A stretch of DNA of 64,000 nt from Phallusia mammillata (taxonomy: Eukaryota): assembly GCA_965637545.1 (NCBI GenBank), contig OZ281494.1, positions 6,634,001 through 6,698,000 of the forward strand, given 5' to 3'. The translations under genes and the position numbers were made by a program. The first letter of the stretch is position 1, and each line of letters starts with the position of its first letter. The notes under the pieces are model-generated. The model was not told the DNA's origin. It worked only from the letters and a program-made list of their open reading frames with translations, and made no database searches. Positions 51,901 through 62,650 of this stretch are shown here, piece by piece.

Positions 51901-53262
51901 CTGGAACAATGGGTGTAACAAACATTTTTGTGCTTTGGTCGTTAAAACCACTCTTACACTTGCATTGGACCAAAGAAAATCCTGGTTCTGTGCAGTTGGC
52001 GTTCATATCGCAAGGATGGAGGTTGGTCTTGCATACGTCAGCAACTGAAAGATGAAACATTAAACTGAATTATTTATAAATGACGAGATTGTCTGTTATT
52101 CACGAACATTTAAGCAATAATCCTGCATTCATGTATGTAAAACAATAAAGTTTGTTTCTAAAATTAAGGGATTTTATGTGTAGAACTAAGATTGTAGTGG
52201 TTTGATTGAGTTAAAAACATACTTCCGATGTTGCCAAGGGCCAGAATAGCGTCTCGTGTTGATTGGGCGATAGATAAATTTGAATTGGCGATCACTTCAA
52301 CCGATGCAATAATCGTGCCTCCTAAACCATCCGGAATCGTGTTGCTGTACATGACAATAACTGAAAAAAGTTTTGCTTGCGAATTACAATCAATTTGAAT
52401 GCGTTTGAAGCACTCTTTTATGATAGAACGCTTAGCATAAACCACGTTAGACAGTAAAAGAAAAAAGTGCGCGCAAAAACAAGATAAAAATTCCACCGAT
52501 ATTTACAAAATCACAGGTCAAGTTCACAAAAATCCTAAATTTAGCGTGTGGAGGGAAATTTTGGTCACTATAAAAGAAATATTAACTTATTTGCAGCGTT
52601 AAAATCAGATACTCGACCTGCCTTACAACAAGCGTAGAGTCAAGGCAATTGTCACTACGATAAAATAACTTATTTTTTATTTCTTGCTTATAACTGAGTA
52701 TGCCATTAAGAAAAGCAATAATATTTATTCATCTTAACTCAAATATTAAAAAAAAACTGAATTTAACGTGTGAAAAAATATTAAAAGACCCACGTCTAGC
52801 GATGGTTTCCGATGCAGACAACAAATAAAATAAAGAAAAAACAAGCTGATTTACGATATTCCTTTAATTGGTGGTCTAAAAGGATTTGACTAAAGTTAGG
52901 TCAAGCATTGTGCTGATGAAAGTTACTCAGGCCTCTGTAAAACTACACCTTCCCACATTGATTCTTTGGGGGCTCGAATTCCACCAAAAGTCTGTTTTTA
53001 TTTTGTTGTTGTGGTATGCATTCTCGCATGAAAATGCTTAAAAAAAACGGCTTGGTACATCTTATCATGCTTGTCGGCTCCAGTCTTTAACTTAATTTTA
53101 TGTTCCTAAATTCATGAACATTCGCTAAAATGAGCATGAACATTTTCATGAACAGTTTGTTGCCGAAGTTTTTACATTAAACTTACCTGCGTCAGGTACA
53201 ATCTGGGTTGACACGCAACTGGCCAATGCAGCCAACAAAGCAATACGAACTACGTAGTTCAT
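45994..53262 (-). CDS. aGPCR-6: EGF-TM7-like adhesion GPCR (signal, partial SEA-like exon, 8 EGF/cbEGF, GAIN/GPS, 7TM); appears intact
   Basis: Signal exon 53187-53262 (MNYVVRIALLAALASCVST); 52223-52360; EGF exons 51883-52044, 51356-51484, 51170-51289, 50696-50821, 50504-50629, 50031-50156, 49737-49862, 48353-48463 (DIDEC motif in most, all phase 1-1); GAIN 47143-47864; 7TM 46854-47079, 46245-46715, 45994-46160. Confidence 0.88.
48629..49733 (-). mobile_element. 1.1-kb non-coding insertion, Helitron/Helentron-like non-autonomous repeat
   Basis: Absent from the paralogous intron near 50020; ends CTAGAAGGGTGGC...GGGACCCA are shared with the copy at 62165-62650; minus-strand 3' end is CTAG; no TIR or TSD seen. 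Confidence 0.5.
50225..50437. mobile_element. Short hAT MITE in an EGF intron
   Basis: TIR TAGTGATGTTTAACC / GGTTAAAAATCACTG, TSD ATCTATAT / ATCTAGAT; absent from paralogous introns near 48540 and 49935. Confidence 0.8.
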
Positions 53263-53351
53263 CACATTTGCTGAGATTTTGTTTCACTTGAACAAAATAA
53301 ACGTCTCAATTAAAAAATAAAAGCATTACCTCCTGTGCATAGAAGTTAAAA

Positions 53352-53600
53352 NNNNNNNNNNNNNNNNNNNNNNNNNNNNNNNNNNNNNNNNNNNNNNNNN
53401 NNNNNNNNNNNNNNNNNNNNNNNNNNNNNNNNNNNNNNNNNNNNNNNNNNNNNNNNNNNNNNNNNNNNNNNNNNNNNNNNNNNNNNNNNNNNNNNNNNNN
53501 NNNNNNNNNNNNNNNNNNNNNNNNNNNNNNNNNNNNNNNNNNNNNNNNNNNNNNNNNNNNNNNNNNNNNNNNNNNNNNNNNNNNNNNNNNNNNNNNNNNN
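53352..53600. other. Assembly gap (249 N)
   Basis: N run. Confidence 1.
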
Positions 53601-56586
53601 AAAGGTGCGAAACAAGCGTCGCATAAAAACGATAGATAAAAATGTTTCGCACCTTTTTTATCATTTATGCGACTAAAGTGTATATAAACGGATGCATTTG
53701 ATGTGGCCTTCATATCACTTATGATGGCATAAGCATTTGCCGAAACGTTTGAACAATAAAGCATGTCGCTTTTTACGTCTATTTGGGCCGTTATTTTCAC
53801 CATTAAACTTATGATACGATTTTTATTTGAAAATATAATTTGAATTCATTATGTCCTATAATGCATGGTTTTGTGACCACGGTATGAACGTGGTAGTCAA
53901 TACAAGTAACCGATTTCCTAATACACTTAAAAACTGTAGGCTATCAAACTGCATTATTGTTCCCTCCTCAGAAACGCACTTTGTGTTAATTTAATTCTTT
54001 CCGGTTCTTTCAAATGAACAGAATCGATTATGAAACGGGTTCATTGAAGCACCTGCACAAAGTTGAAGGGGAATGTAAAAGTTTACGTACACAAATCGTT
54101 AAAGCCATTTGTTAAGCACACCACAAAAACAAGAAGATATGTCAGGGTCCTGTACCTTCATATTTGAAGGTATGGCACGGGGCTGTGATATAATGATGAG
54201 TGGTACATAATTAGCAAATTGCTCAATACGAAACTGAATGTTGAATTTTTTCTTTGACACTTGCTGCATTCGTTTAGCTAAACTGGGTTCCCTGGTTAAA
54301 ACTACTTTTCTCTAAGTCGATATTTGGTTTAAAGTAAAACATTACCTAACACAGTACAAGTCATGGTATTAGGAAATGGTGTTGCAACACCACAATTGGA
54401 AAGGAAGTTATCAAGTTTGATGATTGCGTTTTAGCACAAAGAAATTTGATATTGAAAGCTTTTTTGCTAGACTGGCTGATTTCAATACTGGAACATGGCA
54501 AGGCCTTTTTTATGCTGGCCTTTGGATTGTCCAAAGTATGTAAGTTTTTAATCCATCGAAACTAAGGTATTACATTCAAAATGCTGCTTTTTAAAGTATA
54601 AAACCGGTTTCAAAGTGAATCGTTTGGTTTTCGATTTTAGGTGCTTTTCTGTAGAGACGTTTTGTTTTCGCAATAAATAAAGTATTATTAACAAGATATA
54701 TAATAAGCCAGGCAACCTCATGACATCACACCACACCCATTTGTTATGAACATTTACAACACATAATGGTTGGCGTAAAAGAAGCATCCAATGACGTCGT
54801 AAAGAGTCGGATGACAGAAGCAATACAGATTTCAGTTTGACAAAAAAATCATTGGTAAAAATCATAAATCATAGGAGTTGTAAATTGAAGATCAATAGTA
54901 ATCATTGAATGCCTACATGGTTAAAATAGCAGGGCAATTATTACATTACTAGTTTACGTGCTTTCGGCATTTCAACCCACGATACGAATCTAGGTTGTGT
55001 GTTTCGCAGCAACCCCCCTTTCCCCCATCTTTCTATTAACAACCGAGTTTATTCAAGGGAATATTATATTTAATGTTACACTCGTATATGGTATATGTCG
55101 CGTTTATCTGTCTTATGCGCGATTATTTGTAAAGAATAACCTTTTAAACTCTTTGACTGATACCTAGAAGCTGTCAGTCAGTTTCAAAGCCAATTGTTTC
55201 TTATTAAAACAGAGTACAGGTCCATACCGTACCGTCTCCAAAATAAAATGACTTGCGCAACCAAAACAAGTCAAAAAAAGAACCGCAATGCGCAAAACAC
55301 AACGTGTGCCTCGGGAAAGACGCGGGCAGTCACTGGCACGCTGCCATCAGGCACTTGTGCCATAACCACGCGCTACCAATTTGCATACAATGTAAATAAA
55401 TTTGTGACAGTATACCATGCGTAAAAACAAGACAGTTAATAAGTTACATAGATTCTGAGTACAAGTATTGTTATATGGATCGTAGCCAAAAGTATTACTA
55501 TAGTATACATAAGGCAAGAATAAAGTAATTAGTTGTTGTATATGTAATTGGTTATAAAGGTGCCCACCTTTGACTAGATAGATTTGGTGCAATAATCATT
55601 TGAATGTTTGTAAACATCAAATGTTTGTGTAATTAACATACTTTAATACTACGCATTAACGATGAAATTAGTCAGATTAAATATTCCCAGTTTGTCTCAA
55701 AAAGGTTCATTTTGCTATTTTGTTTTCTAGTGTAATCAGACTATATCAAAAACCGACAAATAATTTTTCATTCAATTTAGAATATTTTAATATTACTCTG
55801 ACATATTTTTTTTTCGAGCAAGATTAAAGTGGGATAAAAAGTGCATTAGTGTTTAAAAAATCTTGCATTTTGTGAAATAGGAGAAAATCACATCACAAAA
55901 CAACGTCAAAGAGTAGGTTTTAGTAAATGTAGACTATATTTAATGTCCGTGTATTATGTTTAGGCCTTGTAGCCTATGTCAAAAACTTTGTAAACGAATT
56001 AAAGTGTTGCTGGATAAAAAGTTTGTTGGAGTTTTAGGACTGGTAACGTTTCCATGAAAATTTGTTAACCTCCGCAGAAACTTATTGTGAAAGTATCAAT
56101 GTATTGTCCCCGACCCTTTTGAGTTTCTGAGTAGCTGTCTAGTAAACAAAACACACATATTTCTATACAACAGAAACCGTTTATATGGAGGTTACACAAA
56201 ATACAAAGTTCGCTAGACAATTCTGCTCAGAGTCTTGTTTCGATTTGTTAACAAAAAGCCCGCGAAGAAAGTTTATTCGAAAGTTTATGATCTATTGTGT
56301 TTTCGCTTTTTGCTTTTGCCATTTAATTATCCGCTGTTATTATTTTTAGCCAATAGTCGAAGCATGTTTCAGTTTCCAAATACACATATAGACACAATAG
56401 ACGTACACAACAACAACAGTTTGTATGGAGGATATACCATTTTGTTTGACAAATTTGAAGGTACAATATCATTGCTCTTTCAGCAGTTTTAATATAAATA
56501 ATTAAATACTTTTTCATAAAAATAATCGACACTTTGACGTCCAATACAAGACGCTTCCTTTAGGATAATGGCATATCTTGCAAAAC

Positions 56587-56638
56587 AAATTACCCTGATG
56601 AAGACGTCTTCTATTGGACGTCGAAACGTCGATTATTT
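56587..56638 (+). ncRNA. Minimal type I hammerhead-ribozyme-like motif (Penelope pLTR type)
   Basis: CTGATGA(A)-GACGTC-loop-GACGTC-GAAAC-GTC; stem I imperfect; a degenerate inverted copy lies at 56521-56570. Confidence 0.55.
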
Positions 56639-57227
56639 ATAACAAAATAAAAACGGCTGGAAAAACGATACTCGTTTATAGATTATGCCTGGCAGAAGTA
56701 GCTAATATGTATTTCTATTGATAAATTTCACAAAAATGCCGAAGTAAACATTTTACAACAAATGCATAATAGTTCCAGCAAAACTAAATGCCACAATCAT
56801 CATCATGGTGTAATTAAATGACACCTGTGTTGCAGATGATGTTGATGAAGCAATGCATTTATCTAAAAACAAATAAACAAAGTAACGATCACGTTTTAAA
56901 CACGATAATAAGATTTCTTCCAGCAATTGTTCATTTATAAAGGCTACTGCACTGAACAAACCTATGTGTCTTGCTAAACACATTGTGACATCACAAACAT
57001 ATTTTAGTTTTTGGTTTGGTTTGAGTTGAGTTTATTTCACTGGAATAAGCAAATCGCTGCAGCACAATTGCACCAAACTATTCACCAAACTGGAAATTGC
57101 TGCACAACGTTAAGACTTTATATAGCGGAACAAACTTTTACACAATTGGTGTATAGATGGTAGGCTTCACTGTTTATGCAGTGTCTACGTAATGACATCT
57201 AATAAGTGTTTTAGGAATACTTAAATG

Positions 57228-58246
57228 TTAATGAGGCAACGAACCCGTGTTACAGACGAATTTGCAGCTTTTGCCGATTCCAAACACCGACGAATAGCAT
57301 CCCAAAATGCCCTTAGCTGGTCCACACGATCTCTTCACGTGTCCAACTTTCAAATAAGATGCACCTGTGGCATAAGATATATGATTTAGAAAGTGATAGA
57401 ACAAACTGCTTGTGAACACCAACACACATTTAGAAAAACGTACTTAGTTTTTTGATGAAGGAAGTACGTTAATTGGCAGTTTTGTCGTATTAGACATCTT
57501 GAAAGTTACTTTATTGAGTGATTAACGTTTAATATTCTCACCAACTTCATTGAATTCAGCCACACACTGATTTGAAACTGGGCAGTCCTGTAGATACGTG
57601 TCTGGAATAGAGGGTCCTTCGCAGTCTGATTGGAGAAAATGGAGGCTGCCACAAACGTAGCATTGAATTCCTTTACCTTAAGCCAATAACAAAATATAAG
57701 TTATGAGGTCCAGATCTCCTAACCTTGATTTAAGAGAAAAGCTTTAACAAATACTACTTTAAACTCAAATCAGAAAAACAAACGGTTCTTAAAGGTAACA
57801 TTCAGCTTTTAACATTTAAACTATCTTGCTACATGTCGAGTAGATTTATTTCTACATTTTAGTTTTTTGTGTGGACATTTTATCGTGTTTTTCATTTAAA
57901 GATTGCAGAAACCATTAACCAAACTTTGGGTTTGGTCTCTGCTGGTACAAAAGTATTAAATATACTATTTGATTGGTTTAATTCTTTCATTTTAGACACT
58001 CACAAAATAAAAAAAATGTGAAATATTTTTCGGCACATACGATAGGCATCCTGCTTCTGTAAACAACTGTTTTGAAGCCAGACCCTTTGCTTCACTCAAA
58101 AACTTAGGCTGTATATGTTAAGTTAGTCCGAAACTTGTAAATAAAGCAAAGAGAATGATCTTAAGATTTGAATATTGGACAAGAAAACAAAAACACGTAC
58201 CTCTGGCAAAGAAAGTTGCGATAAGAAATATAATAATCAGCTTCAT
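57228..58246 (-). CDS. Ly6/uPAR (three-finger) domain protein
   Basis: Signal exon 58201-58246 (MKLIIIFLIATFFAR), exon 57542-57676 (IQCYVC..DC..QDCPVSNQC), exon from 57364 (KRSC..GC..SCKFVCNT). The terminal CN/GPI exon is unresolved. Confidence 0.72.
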
Positions 58247-58419
58247 GCTTGAATTTTGTTCCTTCCTTATTAACTTCAACAAAAAGTATATTTTGTTGTA
58301 AACACCATGAGTTTCACAAAATCGCAATTATCAACTGAACCTTCCCAAAATATTTAACAACTTTCAAACTTTACAAAGAAAGCTTCGAAAATCCGGTCCG
58401 GATGGACAATTGTCTAGGA

Positions 58420-58976
58420 CAGTGGTTCTTAACCTTTTTGGTGTGGTTTCCCACTAAAGTAAATCACCAAGTTCGAATTTCCCCCTCTGTTATTTTTATA
58501 AACATGTTTTGTGCCTAACACTAACAAAAAAATATTCTTTAATCGAAATAATTTTGTGAAGCCATTTGGTCAGGACCTTAAAGGTATACTGCAATCTTAT
58601 TTAGTTTGAATAGTGATTTCGTTAGAAAGTAAAATTGTGTGGAATTTTGAAAAATCTCATGTGCTTGCATTAGTCATTTATTGCATCACAATCAACAGAT
58701 CAAATGCATTTATTCGCGGACAATAACAAAGTCATTGATACTTTTAGTAATGTCTGTGATGTAACAAACGATTTTTGGATTTTTATGCGCCTGGTAAAAC
58801 TAGGTGAAGTTAATCTTACTTACATGTTATTGCGGAAAATATAGAATTAAATTAACTTTCAACGATTAATTTCAAACCACGGGCCCGAGTTTGGCGATTT
58901 CTGACTCACATAATTTTCCTCTAAAAACGTTAAATTTCCCACTAGTGGGAAATTTCCCACCGGTTAAGAACCACTG
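58420..58976. mobile_element. hAT (Charlie-like) MITE
   Basis: TIR CAGTGGTTCTTAACC / GGTTAAGAACCACTG, perfect 8-bp TSD GTCTAGGA. Confidence 0.93.
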
Positions 58977-59680
58977 GTCTAGGAGTATCGATGTGAAAAC
59001 TAAGACATTCGAACCGATTGTGTGCTGTCATTTTCGCTTTCTGTAGTTTATACAACAAGTGTCTTTTGGACTTAAAGACTATTAGTTTCTTTTGTTCCCC
59101 AGCGATTAACTTTATTCAGCCTTCCTTTTGGTGGAATATTGCACATTATAAGTTGCGTGAAAAGAATTTTGTCGTCTGTTACCGAGGTTTTTAAAATGTG
59201 TAGTAAGTGTCACATTTAGAATGTAAACCGGCTTCTTCATCAATGTTCAAGCAGATAATATTGTTTGAGTTATGTCCTCTGTCCAAAAACTTACCAATAG
59301 AAACATCTATGATCCAGATACACACCTGTTTTATCATGACCCTCTCGACCGCCCACCAACGTTTCATCTCCATTCCAGTTTACTCGCTGCGCACCAACCT
59401 CACTTTCTTGTGAGCGCTCGTCACATAACGCGTCATAATAAGGTGTAGCTGCAACGCGTTCAGCCATTATCCACCATTTGTGCCATTCAATGTTTTGCGC
59501 TCAGGAGCGAGTTATTGCTATGACGTTTTAACGTTTCGCAGCTTTTTCCGACTTGGTGATTGTTTTACTGCAATTGCGTTGCTATGTTTTCTTTTACCAA
59601 GCGAAATAAACTCAGCTCAACTCATTACTTGCAATACACAGTTTTAACTGCTTGGAGAAGTCGTTTGTACAGTAAACCAA

Positions 59681-60061
59681 GGGTGACACTAAAACTCATT
59701 GCTGAATATTGCTGGAGATTGCGGGACGTCGCGGAAACCGCTAAATGTCGGGTAAATTGCTGACGGTTAGTGCTATTAGGGTTGGGTTGAGGTTTCATAG
59801 TAGTATATAAATCAAAAAATGTCCCTGCCTAAAACTTATTCGGCTATTTCTTGACATTAGGCTATTTTTGCGGAACGTCGCGGGATATGGCGGGACGTCT
59901 CAGGCGGGGAATGTATCCCGCGAATTTTTTTTAATGATTTTCTATTAATAAACCTTATCCCAACCCCAATAGCTCTGAACCGTCAGCAATTTAACCCGAT
60001 ATTTAGCGGTTTCCGCGACGTCCCGCAATCTCCAGCAATATTCAGAGGTTTAGTGTCACCG
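59681..60061. mobile_element. Foldback/Mutator-like MITE with long TIRs
   Basis: About 115-bp inverted repeats (GGTGACACTAAA...), perfect 9-bp TSD GTAAACCAA. Confidence 0.88.
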
Positions 60062-62164
60062 GTAAACCAAACACAGTATGTAACAAAACACACGACTAAT
60101 TCTAACTGGTACCAGGAGCATTAAGCGTCCACTTTGTTAATGCCAAGATTTTCTTGACAAAATAAATAAATTTAATTCACAAAATGACGGAGTGCGCTTA
60201 AATCGTTGTCAAGAGAAAATTATTCTGTCCTACTTTACAGTTAGCTTCTCTGCTATCGGTATAATGAGGACCAAAGCGTACATGACAGTAAATTGTTTTC
60301 AGGCATATGAACAGCGTAATTGTGATAAAATTAGAATAATAATTTAGAATAAACATCCAACAAAAACTTTCAGGCAATGCCCATCCATCGACGATGCATG
60401 AACTAACGAAGTACTAAGAAAAATCACTTGGGTCAATGTTATTGTACTTGAAAATATAAGCGCACCGAAAATTTGAGAGAAGAGAAGATTAAAGATAGAA
60501 ACAATACAATAGGACTTAATTGGTATTTTGTACCCAGGACCAACTTATTAGGTGCCTGGTGGCTACCGTGGCGCACTATATAGGAGAAATGAAACCCCTT
60601 CTTTATGGCAACAAAAATAGCTAGTGAATTGTAAAAGGCCGGGTTTACACCTACACATATGTGTACACATATCTGCTTCTGTACTTAATGCATGGCCATA
60701 AATGACCTAGGTTAACAAGCATTTTGCACAAAAACTGATATTACAATGTGACTTTTTACCAAGAGGTAGTTTTCCCAAACTGAGAAAGGTCGCGGCTGCA
60801 GCCGAGGAAAAACGTTGATATACATAAATAGAAGAAACATACTATGATAAACTTGTACAAAAAAGAGAAATGCGTTGGGTCTTAATGCCAAACTCATAAT
60901 CGTTTTGTTCATTCAAACAAGAGTTTTTAAGGCTTGCTAAGTAAGGTGTTACCACAAATACATCTACCGTATTCAGATTTTTATAGCTTTTTCTATATGC
61001 TAGTTCCTTTTCAGATAAAACATACGCTCTTCGCACTGAAATAAACAAGAAAAGTGCAATATATACTCCAATGGGTAAAACAAACTAGATTTTTTTGCAA
61101 ATCACAAAGCTATTTCGTCAACTGCGTGTGCTATTGTGTTGCAACTTATCAATCTATTTCGAATAGACGTTTCCTAATTTGTACGATTTATAGGATTTTA
61201 AACAGTGCGCCTTTCCTTGATCGTTATTTGTAATACAAATCATTATTTATTCGTGTTTATGTACATTATACTTCGCTATTTTCAAATATCTGGAGACACT
61301 TAACTGCAAAAAAGGCTTATAAATAACAAACTAAGATTTGGACGCCATGAGGAAAGAGAGTTACGATTTCCTTTGAACGCAACCAATTTGGCTTTTCCAA
61401 GCTTGTACCACAGATAAGTCAAGTTTATAGACGTAGGTCTTCTCGTGGATAAAGTCACCAGGTTTCTCCTGGAAGCGGAGAAGAAACGGAATCTTTACCT
61501 CGGATTCCTGCGCCGACAAATATATCTTGATAATTTGAACACGACTATTAAATCAATTGTAACCAACAGAAGGGTGGCTTTTCTATATATTTCAATTGGG
61601 TTTGTCCATATGTTTTTCACTTTCTTGACCAAATGTTTTGAACAAACAAGCGTTTGACAAAAAATTGAAAAAGAGTTACAATGTTTCTACTTACCTCAAG
61701 TTTCTGGAGGTTTAAAATCTGAACAGGTGATTGAGTCAATGTTTCATGAGGCAAAATATCGAATCCCTCAGAATTAGACAATGTAATATTCTGCGCCTAA
61801 ACACACAAGAAACGGACTTGCAAAAAAAACAACTTAACGTAATACATGAAGATAAACTAAAAAGCCAAAATCGTAAAAAAAATTAACAAAAAAAATTAGG
61901 CAAAAAGGAAAACTTTACAAGTAGCGGGCCAGGTACAAAAACTGAACATTGAATCATTTAAAATATGCAAAGATATATATATCGATAGATCATATGCACC
62001 ATGACGTTACACTGAATCAAGCTAGCCTCCCAAAAATTCCCGTGTCAAAGTTGTAAGTAGACCAAAATTCGGGCCCGAACTATGAATCGTTTTTGTCATT
62101 TTGAGTAGCTTGTTTTAGCGCGAATAGCCTAAACATCCAGCAACTAACCAATTTATATTAAAAA

Positions 62165-62650
62165 CTAGAAAGGTGGCTTTCTGATATACTTCCATTTTAT
62201 ATATTCTATATCCTATTTACCAATTTACTGCATCATTTGATTTACATATGATTGTTTTTGGAAGTAAAAACGAATAGGTTCCCACACAGGTGTTTGTGCG
62301 GATTTGCGGTAAACAAATGTTCCGGTTATTTTTAGTTTCCGGTTACTAATTCGGATCAATAGCAAACATCTGTCCAAATTTGAATGAATTTCAAGCACTC
62401 TTTCTTGACCAAACCAGCGTTACAAACCAGCGTTTAACAAATTTACGTTTTGGGGGCCTGTGGGTGAACCGCTGGGTCATTCGTGGTCAACTTCAGGAGG
62501 ATCAAATTCGGATTACTAACTAACATCTGTCCAAATTTAAATAAATAAAAAGCACTCTTTCTTGACCAAACGAGCGTTACTAACCAGCGTTGACAGAAAA
62601 AAGGGAAAAAATAAAAAAAAAATAAAAAAAAATGTAAGGGGACCCACAAA
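62165..62650 (-). mobile_element. Second copy of the CTAG-ended repeat family, with internal tandem duplication
   Basis: Same termini as 48629-49733; internal repeat AACATCTGTCCAAATTT...TTTCTTGACCAAA occurs twice; a partial third copy lies at about 61567-61670. Confidence 0.5.

Noticed and set aside
53601-53656. 14-bp inverted repeat AAAGGTGCGAAACA
   Set aside because: Abuts the assembly gap, so the parent element cannot be defined.
53306-53803. Three ORFs of 92-165 aa
   Set aside because: Artefacts of reading through the N gap.
45159-54865. Paired ORFs starting MIFTN (45159-45488, 54548-54865)
   Set aside because: They lie in duplicated flank blocks with an internal indel and no domain or splice pattern; likely non-coding.
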